64,000 nt of DNA from NCBI GenBank assembly GCA_951406725.2, contig OX597832.1, forward strand, positions 43,896,001 through 43,960,000, read 5' to 3'. Of this stretch, positions 1 to 13,356 are shown in pieces. The notes under the pieces were generated by a model that was not told the origin of the DNA, ran no database searches, and saw only the letters and a program-made list of their open reading frames with translations. A program made the translations under genes and the position numbers. Within the stretch, counting starts at the first letter, position 1. Every line of letters begins with the position of its first letter. The DNA comes from Octopus vulgaris. Lineage: Eukaryota.

Positions 1-300
1 GAAACTGAAAGAAGCCTGTCGTATATATGTATATATATATATGTGTGTGTGTGTGTGCGTGTGTGTGTGTGTGTGTGTGTTTGTGTTTGTGTGTCTGTGT
101 TTGTCCCCACCAACATCGCTTGACAACCAATGCTGGTGTGTTTATGTCCCCGTAAGTTAGTGGTTCGGCAAAAGAGACCGATAGAATAAGTACTAGGCTT
201 ACAAAGAATAAGTCCTGGGGTCGATTTATTCGACTAAAAGCGGTACTCCAGCATGTCCGCAGTCAAAATGACTGAAACAAGTAAAAGAGTAAAAGGGTAA
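1..300 (+). mobile_element. CORE-like tRNA-derived octopus SINE (OR2-like), 3' part cut by window edge
   Basis: Matches the full copies: gaaactgaaagaagcc-(TA)n(TG)n-tgtttgtcccc...gctccagcatg..cgcagtcaaaatgactgaaacaagtaaaagag tail. Confidence 0.85.
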
Positions 301-379
301 CATATATATATATATATATATATATGAAGGAATCCGGAGTAGAGGTTGACCCAGGAAGACATGGGCCACCATCTGTCCT

Positions 380-580
380 TTGTCTCTTGCATTAGACATT
401 ATCAGACGTCTTTGCATGATGTGTCAATAAAACTTATCCTGATCCACACGATTAAGTGACTGAGGTGTACCTCAAGGTTCAGTCCCATCTGTCATGCTTT
501 TATATTTTTACATTAATGATTTGGCTACTGGCACTTCTGATCACACACAACCCTATTCAGACGATTCCAACTTTTATACC
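380..580 (+). pseudogene. Decayed non-LTR retrotransposon reverse transcriptase fragment (CR1/Jockey group)
   Basis: 464-580 translates as GVPQGSVPSVMLLYFYINDLATGTSDHTQPYSDDSNFYT, matching the RT GVPQGSxLxPxLFxxYINDL...YADD motifs. An ALDI-like motif lies upstream. Confidence 0.8.
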
Positions 581-639
581 TTCTTAATTCTGTGTATGTG
601 AAATTATACATACGAACACAGACACATATATACATATAA

Positions 640-731
<92 letters not shown>

Positions 732-733
732 CA

Positions 734-792
<59 letters not shown>

Positions 793-1019
793 TCTTAAGT
801 AGCTCCAGAAATATGAAGTCATATTGAAACTTCCTCTTAACATCACTGATGTCCAAGAATATTTTACATTCTAAGAGAATGGAATCTCTTGAGGATATTT
901 TTTCGTGTCATTTCAATAACTTGTGCTGCACTGAATTTGGTAAGGATAAACAGAAAATACACGAAGAATTGGAATATATCAAGAATAATAGTGAATAGGT
1001 GAGAAGGAGTTGGTGGTGG

Positions 1020-1122
1020 CTGAGAGACAGACAAAGACAGAAGTAGAGAGAGAACAAGAGAAGGAGCTGGACGAAGGGAGATGGGAGGAGAGAGTGACAG
1101 AAACAGAGTGTGAGAAAAGGAC

Positions 1123-1153
<31 letters not shown>

Positions 1154-1626
1154 AAGGGACATTGAGATAGAAAGATATAGAAAGTGAAAGTAGAGAAAAT
1201 GGAGATAGCAATGAAAAAGAAAATGAGAGAGAAGGGGAAACAAAGGAAAGAAGCAGAAAGAGATAGTTAGAGAAAGAAAGAGAGAGAGAGGGCGGGAGAG
1301 AGAGACATAGAGAGAGAAGGAGAGATAGACAGAGAGATAAAAGTACAAAGAGAGAAATAGAGAGAGAAATAGGTATAAAGACGGTGAGAGAGAAAGATAA
1401 GGAGAGACAGAGGACATATAAAGAGAGATATAGAGAGAGATAGAAATAATGATAAAGAGAGAAAGAGAGAGGGGGAAAGAGACATAGATAGAGAGAAGGA
1501 GAGACAGACAAAGAGAGAAATAGAGAGAGAAATATGGAGAGAAATAGGTATAAAGAGAAAGAGAGATAGAAAGATAAGGAAAGACAGAGAGGACACGCAA
1601 AGGGAGAAGTAGAGAGAGATGAGGAT

Positions 1627-1662
<36 letters not shown>
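1020..1662 (+). repeat. Degenerate (GA)n polypurine tract
   Basis: About 640 bp almost entirely G/A on the + strand, ending in perfect (GA)n. Confidence 0.9.
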
Positions 1663-1663
<1 letters not shown>

Positions 1664-2263
1664 TAACGATATATAAAAGTATGTAAAGAATTGTTTGGAA
1701 ATAAAGGAACTGGTATTGGAAAAGAAATGTCTGTGATGAAGTTCGTTATGAATAATGACAGAAATGGCAGCCAACAACAATAAACTAGAAATAAGTATGT
1801 AATAAGGCTTGAACGGAAATGAAGGTCGGAGAAATTTCAAAATGTCATCAGTTGATGTTGATTGATAACTGGGGTAAATAATAGACCTCCGTACATGTCT
1901 CGACATGAAGTGCTTAGGTGAGATTCTGGAGCATTCAGCCATAGATAAAGACACGATATCTCTTAAAGAACTCGTTCAACTTTCTTCAAACTCATTCACC
2001 GAACTTCGAACTAAAATTGAATGGAGGAATTTCGGCAAAAGAAAAAATCCTCTTGTCTTTGTCCGTTCTTTTGCTTTGTCATCACTACTTTATCTGCATC
2101 TTCCTCTGTCTCTCTCCTCACCTGTCTCTCTGTGTCTCTATTTCTCTCTCTTCCTCATTCCATCCCTCCCTCCCTCTATCTCAACGCCCCTTTGTCTGTC
2201 TCTATCTAGTTCTCTCTCTGATTCCCCCCCCCACTTTCTCTTCTACTTATGGTATAGGTATAG

Positions 2264-2716
2264 TCTTTACTCTCTCTCCTTTACTCTTTTACTTGTTTCA
2301 GTCATTTGACTGCTGCGGCCATGCTGGAGCACCGCCTTTAATCGAGCAAATCGACCCCGGGACTTATTCTTTTGTAAGCCCAGTACTTATTCTATCGGCC
2401 TCTTTTGCCGAACCGCTAAGTAACGGGGACATAAACACACCAGCATCGGTTGTCAAGCAATGCTAGGGGGACAAACACACCAGCATTGGTTGTCAAGCAA
2501 TGCTAGGGGGACAAACACAAACACACACATGCATATATATTTACATATATATGACGGGCTTCTTTCAGTTTCTGTCTACCAAATCCACTCACAATGCTTT
2601 GGTCGGCCCGAGGCTATAGTAGAAGACACTTGCCCAAGGTGCCACGCAGTGGGACTGAACCCGGAACCATGTGCATGGTAAGCAAGCTACTTACCACACA
2701 GCCACTCCTGCGCCTA
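2264..2716 (-). mobile_element. Full-length CORE-like SINE with a ~40-bp internal tandem duplication
   Basis: Reverse complement has the head aggcgcaggagtggctgtgtggtaag (A-box-like), ggttcagtccc (B-box-like) and CORE-like gcaccttgggcaagtgtctt. The segment aaacacaccagcat.ggttgtcaagcaatgctagggggac is duplicated. Confidence 0.9.
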
Positions 2717-3964
2717 TTAAAATGTTGTCATGCATTTTTGCCTGGCATGCTAACTGTTCTGCCAGCATACTGCTATGGGGATAGCTGTGTAGTTAAGAAG
2801 TCCGCTTTGCAACGATGCAGTTTTGGGGTTCCATTCCACTGCATAGCACCTTGGGTGAATGTCTCCTACAATTGCCCTGGGCCACCAATACCTTGTGAGT
2901 GAATTTGGTAAATGGAAACTGTGTGGAATCCCATGTAGGTGTGTCTTTGTGGGTGGTAGATATAAATCAGATCAGGAACTTTAGGGGACTTTAGCAGAGT
3001 CCACTCTATTGCAAACATATAGGCACAGGTATGGCTGCGTGGTGAGAAGCTTGCTTCCTAACAACATGGTTTCGGGTTCAGTCCCATTATCTGTTCTGGC
3101 ATGGTTTCTACAGTTGGATGCTCTTCCTAATGCCAACCATTCTGCAGAATTTACTGGGTGCTTTTTATGTGGTACCAACACCTATATCAATTCTGTTATG
3201 GTGGACTCAGTTCTGCCACACACACACACATACATCAACACCTCAAATTGAGTGCAAATATTTTGTTATGTTCCTGGGCTGAACACACAATTCTACATTA
3301 CTTTAGCTTGTCTAACAGTCAGAAATGGAAACCAATATTCTAGGAATAACATTACTTATAGTTTTTCGGTATTATTTTCATTTTACAACTAAATAATCAT
3401 TATAAGTATTTGTTCTATTACAACAATATATCATAACAGCAAAGAATGATTCGGTAGAGCAAAAATATTGAGAGTTATAACCTTAAACACCCTTTGAAAT
3501 TAATCTTCTAATGTTTTACCTAACAGTAATTATAATGTTCACTTCTGAACAACAAGATCTAAAAACTATTTTTTCTTTCATTGAATCAATTTCCTTAAAT
3601 ATCACAAACGGTAATAAACAGTAAAACAAATAGGAAATCGAGAAGATTATTGTATTTGTTTTCTAGTTAAACAAGTTGTTAAGGATGTGGTCTTATTGAC
3701 TGGAAGGTCAGTAGTTAATTCCTGCAACTGGCACTCAGCCACGACCCTAGTGAAGACACTTAACTCTCAATGACCTAATTTAATTAGATGTAATATGAGG
3801 ACGCACAGTTCGCCTTTGATGAAAGTAGGGATACTACGAGAGCTAATGAGTGTACTAAACTTTATGCTTTCTCTGTGCAAAAATTTTGTGAAAAACAGGG
3901 GAGAATTAGGATAGTTGCCCTTTGTATTGTAGAAAATGTGTGTAAATAACTCTGAAAGATCTTG

Positions 3965-4746
3965 CCATTATAAAATTATTAACCATCTTACTAACAATAT
4001 CTCTGAGCACCTTTTCAAACTCCACCCGTCTAACACCCGTGGACATATTTACAAAGTCAAAAAACAGCACAGCTCCCATGACTTTCGGAAGCATTTTTTC
4101 ACGCTAAGAGTTGCTGAAGCATGGAACAAACTGCCAGCATCAGTTGTTAGTTGTTGGAGCACTGCATCCTTCAAAACTTCCATGCTTCCTGAGATTCACC
4201 AACACTGCACCTGATTTCCTCCCCTCCATACACACACAAGCATGTATCTGACTCATACACTGTTCGCTTCCCAGACATTTGTACATTACTGCATATGCAG
4301 ATAAAATTATTAATTATAAAATTATAATATTATGGCAGACACCCATAAAATTATTAACCATCTTACAAGCAATAACTCTGAGCACCTTTTCAAACTCTAC
4401 CCGTCTAACATCCATGGACATATTTACAAAGTCAGAAAACAGCACAGCTCCCATGACTTTAGGAAACATTTTTTCACGCTGAGAGTTGCTGAAGCATGGA
4501 ACAAACTGCCGGCATCAGTTGTTAGTTGTCGGAGCACTGCATCCTTCAAAACTTCCATGCTTTCCTGAGATTCGCCAACACTACACCTGATTTTCTCCCC
4601 TCCATACACACACAAGCATGTATCTGACTCATATACATTGTTCGCTTTCCAGACATTTGTACATTACTGCAAATGCTTTATATGCACTTTTTGACTAGTT
4701 GTGGTGCACCTGAGCACTGTATACAATAATTTCATTATTATTATTA
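3965..4746 (+). mobile_element. Two tandem 5'-truncated CR1-type LINE 3' ends (ORF2 C-terminus plus 3' UTR)
   Basis: Both copies translate as HKIINHLTxNxSEHLFKLxPSNxxGHIYKVxKQHSSHDFRKHFFTLRVAEAWNKLPASVVSC (CR1 TRGH...FFxxRVxxxWNxLP motif). The second copy ends in an (ATT)n tail. Confidence 0.85.
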
Positions 4747-6136
4747 TGAGAACTTGCTCAAATAACAGAAGATCTGGCTCGAATAATAGATCTTGTTCGA
4801 ATAATAGATGTTGCTCAAATTAGTTTTGGTGAAAAGTTTGTTATACTATCATAGACCTACTACCTCTGTGATTACTCAGATATTCTACACCCCAAGAAAT
4901 GTGTTGAACAATTCATAAAAAAAATGCTAAATGACTAAAGTATATCAATACAAAATAAACTAAAGCATGTAGGAAGAACGTATGACTTACAGATGTTCAG
5001 CATGTTGATACAACATGACTAAAGTGTCTTGTATCAAAGATAAAATAAATTGAAGGAAAGGAGACAACAGCTGTCTTGGTAATATAGTCATTACAGACGT
5101 GAAGTGTCAGTTTGGTGTTTTGTGGTGATTCTATAAATAATAGCAGTCTAGTTTTCCTTGTCACAGACTTCATTAGCATTCAGTAACGTTAGAGATTCTA
5201 TAATCACAATCGAACATCGAATTCTCCGCGATACTTTTGTAATGCTAGTATTATGTAAGTGCGTTATGGAACTAATACCAGGAGTCTTTGATTCAGATGT
5301 AGTCGGATTTTTGTAAGAAATTTCTTTTATCGTCTTTCCCAGGTGCTTTGTTTGTAAACATGTCTAAGCACAATAGTGGAGAGCTCTTTTCTGTACAGGC
5401 ATTAAATGAATTTCAGATAGTAATTTTAATGTCTGATTAATATCTGTTTTTTTTTTTAAAGCCTATTTTTCCACAGAAGAGATAAAAGAAAAAGAAATTA
5501 AAATCAGTTTGATAATTATTGCAACACATACAGTAAAATTCAATAACAAATTTCACAAAGCAAATTCTATATTTCTTTATTCCAGCAAAAACAGTTCAGT
5601 TTTTACTTTTGATACGTATAACTAGTTTTTGTTTTTGTTTTTCAACAAGCATGAGATTTTTTTAAATACTCCACAAAAATACAATATTATTTTCAAATTG
5701 AGCTTATCTCAAATGGATAATATATTTATTTGCTAGATTTGCATTTTTAAAAAATATCCTTATCAAAAAGAAGAAAGAATTGCAAAATATATATTTCTAT
5801 GTGTGATTCGTTTGTTGATTACGCTTCTACCTATTAGAACATAAAACCCAGTTATTATTGAAACTTATTTAGTTGAAGTCACCAAACAGGAGATATTTTA
5901 AACAGTTCAAAGAGATTTTCTTTGGCAAACTCAGAATCATGGCACTGCTTCTATCATTCAATCTATAACAGAATGGTTGCATCAACACTTAAGCGAGTTC
6001 TTCAAGGGTAAAGGAACTGCTATAGAAACAGAGGCGAGAGCTTGTCATCTTACAAACCAATGTGGAAGAGATTTTGCTTGATAACAAAAATAGCTGTTCC
6101 ACAGTCAGGGTAACCTTTGCAGTTTTTATTTCCGAC

Positions 6137-6480
6137 ATCATCATCATCATCATCACCATCATCATTTAACGTTTGTTTTCCATGCTAACATGGGGTGAAC
6201 GGTTCGACCGGGGTCTGGGAAGCCAGGAGGCTGCACCAGGCTCCAGTCTGATCTGGCAGTGCTTCTACAGCTGGATGCCCTTCCTAACGCCAACCACTCT
6301 GTGGATGTAGTGGGTATTTTTTATGTGCCACCAGCACAGGGGCCAGAGGAGGCTGGCAAATGGCCACGATCAGTTGGTGCTTTTTACATGTCACTGATAC
6401 AGACGCCAGTCAGGTGGCACCGGCACCTGCCATGTTCAGACGGTGCTTTTTACATGCCACTGGCACGGGCATCTTAACTA
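6137..6480 (-). mobile_element. (GAT)n-tailed SINE-like retroposon carrying the ggttggcgttaggaagggcatccagctgtag domain
   Basis: Same family as 11441, 15924, 32336, 41645 and 49801. The domain resembles RTE-derived SINE bodies (recalled, not searched). Confidence 0.75.
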
Positions 6481-6860
6481 CAATTTCAATTTGATTTTTA
6501 TTTTGATGTTGGTGTTGACGTACTTGACTCAATAGGTCTCCTCAAGAACAGCGGGTCACTCTACGATCCAAGGTTAGCACAGCCGGCCGTCCTGCAAGCC
6601 ATGAACTCACATCATTTGTCTGGTCTTCACAATTACAGCATATCTCTGAGGTCTATGAAAACATTGACACGAATTTAGATTTATGAAAACATCATCACCA
6701 TTGTACTAACGTCCACTTTTCTTCCATGCTTACATTGGTCAGACTCCATTCATTGAGACAGAAATTTAATGGCCGGACACCCTTCTTGTCACCAACCCTC
6801 ACCTCTTTCTAAGTGAGGTAATACTTTGCCTATGACCAGACATGTACTTAGCAAAGATTA

Positions 6861-7137
6861 GTGCCAGTGGTACTTAAAAGCACCACCACACTCTCGGAGT
6901 GGTTGGCATTAGGAAGGGCATCCAGCTGTAGAAACTCTGCCAGATCAGACTGGAGCCTGGTGCAGCCTTCTGGCTTCCAAGATCCTGGTCGAACCTTCCC
7001 ACCCATGCTAGCATGGAAAACAGAGACGTTAAACTCTGCCAGATCAGATTGGAGCTTGGTGCAGCCTTCTGGCTTCCAAGATCCTGGTCGTACCTTCCCA
7101 CCCATGCTAGCATGGAAAGCAGACGTTAAACAACGAT
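6861..7137 (+). mobile_element. (GAT)n-tailed SINE-like retroposon with a duplicated ~100-bp 3' unit
   Basis: aaactctgccagatcaga...cccatgctagcatggaaa..agacgttaaa occurs twice in tandem. Confidence 0.75.
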
Positions 7138-7244
7138 AGAAATGAATGACACCATTTATATGTCAATGAAGTTCATTTACAACTATCACATTACACCAAG
7201 ACAAGGACAGACACACATACACACACACACACACACATACACAA

Positions 7245-7278
<34 letters not shown>

Positions 7279-7491
7279 ACATGCACAAACACACACACAT
7301 GCACACACACAAACACGCACAAAGACATGATGGGCTTCTTTTAGTTTCCATTTACCAAATCCATTCACAAGGCTTTGGTTCGTCCAGGGCTCTAGTACAA
7401 AACACTAACCCAAGGTGCTGCACAGTAGGACTGAACTTGAAACCACATGGTTGGGAAGTAAACTCTGTAATCACTTACCCACATCTGCACT

Positions 7492-7903
7492 CTCTTTACT
7501 CTCTCTCTTTTACTCTTTTATTTGTTTCAGTCATTTTGACTGCGGCCATGCTGGAGCACCGCCTTTAGTCGAGCAAATCAACCCCGGGACTTATTCTTTG
7601 TAAGCCCAGTACTTATTCTATTGGTCTCTTTTGCCGAACTGCTAGGTTACGGGGACATAAACACACCAGCATCAGTTGTCAAGCAATGCTAGTAGGACAA
7701 ACACAGACAAACAAACATACACGCACACATACTTATATACGACGGGCTTCTTTCAGTTTCGATCTACCAAATCCACTCACAAGGCTTTGGTTGGCCCGAG
7801 GCTATAGAAGAAGACACTTGCCCAAGGTGCCACGTAGTGGGACTGAACCCGGAACCATGTGGTTGGTAAACAAGCTACTTACCACACAGCCACTCCTGCA
7901 CCT
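7492..7903 (-). mobile_element. Full-length CORE-like SINE
   Basis: Complete head, internal microsatellite and tail in reverse orientation. An older head fragment lies at about 7330-7490. Confidence 0.9.
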
Positions 7904-8178
7904 ATGCACCTATACAATTCATTTTAAATTCTAAGATAAACTAAATAAACCAGATGAAATTAATTGCAAAAAACCAAAATATTTGCATCTGATTTCACCA
8001 GATAAAACCCCTCTCTTTAACCAATATTTAACATTCCAAAACAAAAAAAAAATAATTGAAATAAAGTCACATTGTCAATGAGTTAATAAAACAGATGAAT
8101 GATTTAGATATAAAATATGCAACTTCAACTGAAAATTTTGAATGAAGGAAAACATTACAAGATTTCAAACCCACAAAA

Positions 8179-8223
<45 letters not shown>

Positions 8224-9025
8224 CAATACGTTGCTGAAGTTAACCGAGAAATTTTAAGCAGTTTTTTTTGGTTTTGTTTTATGTTTTTGTCAGTCAATTA
8301 AATGTTGCTTTGAGCAATAACAAAAACAAAAAAAAAACAAAAAAATCAAAAACAAAAACAAAATGGCACCCCTGAAAGCAAATCAAGATGAAGATTTATA
8401 TCTAACATTCAACAAAACCTCCACTTCTACTCTAGTATTAACACAAATTAGAGTCACATTAAATTTTTACGGATTATGGTCTGACATTAGAGAAACGGAG
8501 AGGAAGGTTTTATGAGTCTTAAATGGCATAATTAATATGGTGGAAATAACTTTGATACACAGTCAAAGACTGCCAATGGTGTTACTGAAACATTGTTATT
8601 ATTATGCAATTATAATAACGAAATATAAAAATAATTTGGGGTTGGCTTTGCTACTTAAGCAACAAGTTATGTACTTAGCTGGTCAAAGAATGACCAAAGC
8701 TTTCGATACTTCAGTTCTCTGATTATTGGTTATAAACCAACAATTAGCGGTTTGTTTTATCAGAAAACTTCCAAAATGTCTGAAATGGAATTCAGCCAAT
8801 TGTTTTTATAAATTCAGTGTCGTCGTGAAACCCTTCCTAGCTATCGAGGTACCCGAAGCAAGATTTTTACAGACATGTGCTCTTCCTGGTACCAAAGAAT
8901 TCAAAAGGGCAGAATTGGAAGATGATTTTAAAATAACGAGGTATATTAATTGATGTAGCATTAGATATGCTGTCCAATAAACATTTAACCCTTTAGCATT
9001 TAAACTGACCATTTAAACTGACCAC

Positions 9026-9197
9026 AGGCACAGGAGTGGCTGTGTGGTAAGTAGCTTGTTTACCAACCACATGGTTCTGGGTTCAGTCCCACTGCGTGGC
9101 ACCTTGGGCAAGTGTCTTCTACTATAGACTCGGGCTGACCAAAGCCTTGTGAGTGGATTTGGTAGACGGAAACTGAAAGAAGCCCGTCGTATATATG

Positions 9198-9232
<35 letters not shown>

Positions 9233-9450
9233 TTTTGTGTCTGTGTTTGTCCCCCTAGCATTGCTTGACAACCGATGCTGGTGTGTTTATGTCCCTGTTA
9301 CTTAGCGGTTCGGCAAAAGAGACCGATAGAATAAGTACTGGGCTTACAAAAGAATAAGTCCCGGGGTCGAGTCGCTCGATTAAAGGCAGTGCTCCAGCAT
9401 GGCCGCAGTCAAATGACTGAAACAAGTAAAAGAGTAAAAGAGTAAAAGAG
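9026..9450 (+). mobile_element. Full-length CORE-like SINE
   Basis: aggcacaggagtggctgtgtggtaag...gaaacaagtaaaagagtaaaagagtaaaagag. Confidence 0.9.
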
Positions 9451-9488
9451 ATATCCGGCTCAAATATTCTAACTGTTTTATAGCCAAA

Positions 9489-9798
9489 CTAGCAGTATTG
9501 CCCGGCGTTGCTCGGATTTGTTTTGACCCTTTAGAATTGGAATTTTTGAAAAGTAAAAATGTTGCATTATGTAGCTTGTTATTCTCTTTAAGAGAACATT
9601 TTTCTGGTTGAAATACACCGAAAAATGGCGACACAGCAGTAAAAAAATTGTAAAAAATTAGGGATTTTCATAGAAAAAATGCACCTTTTTGATGTAAATA
9701 ATTTTTGGTGTTAACATGGTCCGATTTGAATTTTTTTCTTCTACAGAAAGAAGAGCAAGCCTTCTTCTATCATACTCTCAATTTTGGTCAACTTGCAC
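9489..9798 (-). mobile_element. Non-autonomous Helitron-like element, 3' portion
   Basis: Reverse complement ends ...tccgagcaacgccgggcaatactgCTAG-t: a subterminal GC-rich hairpin plus CTAG, shared with 19358 and 37455. Confidence 0.7.
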
Positions 9799-10139
9799 TG
9801 ATTATAGGTCTGCTCAGTCAGAGACGATGGAGTGGGAGTGGGTCAGGGTGGGTCAGGGTGGGTGATGATGGGGGGGGGGGCTAAGGTAGCGACAGGAACA
9901 TCTAACCTTCAGCTAACAAAGGAGTTTATATTCTGCACTTAAGCTACACCTCATCATCTTAAAAAGGGGGAAAGGATAGATTAGTTTAGGGGTCCTCACA
10001 CTTACTATTGTCAAGCTTTCACTACAAAATATCAACAACACTCTTGGCCTCACCTGCTTCTTCAATAAAATGTATACAAAGTATTAAGGGGAATGAAACA
10101 AAATACCAGGTGCTTTGTAATCTCACTGATATGCAGTGA

Positions 10140-10750
10140 TCACATACATACATACACAAACACACATACATACACAAACATATATACAAACACAAACACA
10201 TACATAAATGCGTAAATGCATACATACATACACAAACACACACATACATACATACATACATACATACATACATAAATACATACATATACACAAAAACAAA
10301 CACATACATAAATGCATACATACATACACAAACACACTCATACATACATATACACAAAAACAAACACACATAAATGCATACATACATACACAAACACACA
10401 TACACACATATACACAAAAACACATAAATGCATACATACATACACAAACACACATACACACATATACACAAACGCACATACATACAAACACAAACACACA
10501 CATATATACATACATATACACAAAAATACACATACATAAATGCATAAATACATAAATACATACATACATACATGCATACATACATACATACATACATACA
10601 TACATACATACAAACATACATACATACATACATGCATACATAATACATACATACATACATACATGCATGCATACATACATACATACACACACACACTTCA
10701 TATATATATTTATATTTATACTTCATATATATATATATATATATACATAC
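10140..10750. repeat. Compound (ACAT)n/(AC)n microsatellite with higher-order repeats
   Basis: Recurrent cataaatgcatacatacatacacaaacac units. Confidence 0.9.
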
Positions 10751-11049
10751 TTCAGCACAATAAATTTATTTTTTAAAACCCAATATTTTAGTTAACTTCC
10801 TCTCTTTCATACATATATGCATATGAGGGAGCATCAAAGTGCATTAAGTGATGTGCAACAAAGATAGATTACACTTTGATGTCTTAATCGCAATATTTTA
10901 TATGAAACAATTTCCATTGAGGAATTGTAACCAGATGCCGTATAAGCATATGCTAACACAACCACCACCACCACATATGCACACACAGAGGCATATATGC
11001 TCACACACGCACACACACACACATGTATATGTATATCTATGTTTGAATC

Positions 11050-11107
11050 TATGTATGTATGTATGTATGTGTGTATGTATGTATGAATGTATGCATGCAT
11101 GTATGTA

Positions 11108-11138
<31 letters not shown>

Positions 11139-11209
11139 GTATGTATGTATGTATGTATGTATGTGTGTGTGTATGTATGTATGTATGAATGTATGCATGC
11201 ATGTATGTA

Positions 11210-11240
<31 letters not shown>

Positions 11241-11305
11241 GTGTATGTATGTATGTATGTATGTATGTATGTGTGTGTGTATGTATGTGTGTGTGTGTGT
11301 GTGTA
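11050..11305. repeat. (TATG)n/(TG)n compound microsatellite with a ~104-bp duplicated block
   Basis: tatgaatgtatgcatgcatgtatg occurs at about 11082 and 11184. Confidence 0.85.
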
Positions 11306-11440
11306 TACACATACGCACACACAGGTACACAGAAAGAGATACAGAGAAAGACAAAGGAGAGAAAAAAGGAGACAAAGATAAGTTTGTATGTGTGTGTGTG
11401 TGTATGTGTGTGTGTGCATGGCAATGTACATGCATATATA

Positions 11441-11718
11441 TTGCCAGCCTCGCCTGGCCCTCGTGCCGGTGGCACATAAAAAACACCATCCGTTCGTGGC
11501 CGTTTGCCAGCTCTGGCTGGCACCAGTGCGGGTGGCACGTAAAAAGCACCCACTACACTCACGGAGTGGTTGGCGTTAGGAAGGGCATCCAGCCGTAGAA
11601 ACACTGCCAGATTTGACTGGGCCTGATGAAGCCTTCTGGCTTCACAGACCCCAGCAGAACCGTCCAACCCATGCTAGCATGGAAAACGGACGCTAAATGA
11701 TGATGATGATGATGATGA
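11441..11718 (+). mobile_element. (GAT)n-tailed SINE-like retroposon inserted in a TA tract
   Basis: gtgccggtggcac..aaaaa..acc repeats, ggttggcgttaggaagggcatccagccgtag, tail ggacgctaaatgatgatgat. Confidence 0.8.
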
Positions 11719-11730
11719 TATATATATACA

Positions 11731-11771
<41 letters not shown>

Positions 11772-11813
11772 GTATATATATATATATACATACATATATA
11801 TATATATACATAC

Positions 11814-11849
<36 letters not shown>

Positions 11850-12096
11850 GTCTGTGTGTGTGTATGACTACACATACAAACACATATATATTCCCATACA
11901 CACACACACATATATACGTGTGTGTGTGTGTGCTTATGAGTATGAGTGACAAGTTTATAACTCAACAGGTAGCAGCACCATAGTTTTATAGAAAGTATCT
12001 AAGAATTTCTAACCATGATTTTTCGTCTGCTTTGATCAACTGAACAACCAAGTTCATTAAATTAGCATATATATAGCTGAGTATTCCACAGAGATA

Positions 12097-12299
12097 CTCT
12101 CTTTACTTTCTTACTCATTTCAGTCATTTGATTGCGGCCATGCTGGAGCACCGCCTTTAGTCGAACAAATTGACCCCAGGACTTATTCTTTTGTATGCCC
12201 AGTACTTATTCTATCAGTCTCTTTTACCGAACCGTTAAGTTACAGGGACGTAAACACACCAGCATCGGTTGTCAAGTGATGTTGGGGGGACAAACACAG

Positions 12300-12367
<68 letters not shown>

Positions 12368-12905
12368 AGAGTTTACGAAAAAAACAAAAGACAAAGACAG
12401 GTGGTGTACAAAACAAACAGATGTATTAGTATAATGCTCAGGAATACAAAAAGTCTTTTACGTTTCGATCCTACGCTCTTCTACAGAAAGGGACACAGAA
12501 AAAACAAGGAGAGAAACAAGGGGAGAAAAAATGTGTGTAGTGGATAACAATATACATATACATATATACGACAGGCTTCTTTCAGTTTCCATCTACCAAA
12601 TCCACTCACAAGGCTTTGGTTGACCTGAGGCTATAGTAGAAGACACTTGCCCAAGATGCCACACAGTGGGACTGAACCTGGAACCATGTGATTGGTAAGC
12701 AAGCTACTTACCACACAGCCACTCCTGTGCCTATGTATGTATATACGATTGGCTTCTTACAGTTTCCATCTACCAAATCCACTCACAAGGCTTTGGTTGA
12801 CCTGAGGCTATAGTAGAAGACACTTGCCCAAGGTGCCACACAGTGGGACTGAACCTGGAACCATGTGGTTGGTAAGCAAGCTAGTTACCACACAGCCACT
12901 CCTGC
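12097..12905 (-). mobile_element. CORE-like SINE with a duplicated head, interrupted by the hammerhead-bearing element
   Basis: Tail at 12097-12300, two head copies at about 12568-12733 and 12745-12908, and an insert at 12365-12550 inside the SINE's internal TA tract. Confidence 0.85.
12365..12550 (-). mobile_element. ~190-bp Penelope-pLTR-like element with a minimal hammerhead motif (copy 1)
   Basis: Minus strand reads cttt-CTGTAGA-A-GAGC-gtag-GATC-GAAA-CG-TA-aaag (one stem II mismatch). The 3' end ctccc abuts (TA)n. Confidence 0.65.
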
Positions 12906-13356
12906 ACCTATGTATGTATGTATGGATATACTTTTAATGTAATACTCAGGTAGAATTAGTGTGGTGTAGTGTGTGATGAGGATATGTTCCTGAATTACAG
13001 GTACAATTCTTTTGGTAGGTTTCAGCACCATTTCCATCTCTGAATTTCACTTGCAATGCATGAGGCAATAGAAAATTACACTTGCACACGATACCATGTA
13101 GTAAGACCAAACTTGGGCCTTAAAAGAGGATGAAGACCGCTTCGCTCAACAGCAACAGCATCAACAACAGCAACAACAACATCAGTAGCCAAATCAAAGA
13201 CAACTTCTTCATGGCCATCCAACTTGCTAGAAACAATAACTAAACTATCCCTCAAACCATAAACTGCCCACTGCATAAAGAAAAACACATTAGATACACC
13301 TGTTCTAGATGCACTATACCTGACAAAAAAATAAATAATAAATATAAAAACAGGAT

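Noticed and set aside
864-1954. Long ORFs of 266 and 348 aa rich in Ser/Leu
   Set aside because: Translations of the (GA)n polypurine tract, which lacks stops on the pyrimidine strand. The same applies to 46544-47257 and 55280-56140.
5900-6010. Peptide QRDFLWQTQNHGTASIIQSITEWLHQHLSEFFK, vaguely like an RWD-domain end
   Set aside because: Weak acceptor, no partner exons, and similarity too slight to support.
10022-11667. Many overlapping CVCMY/HTHTY ORFs
   Set aside because: Microsatellite translations open in several frames on both strands.
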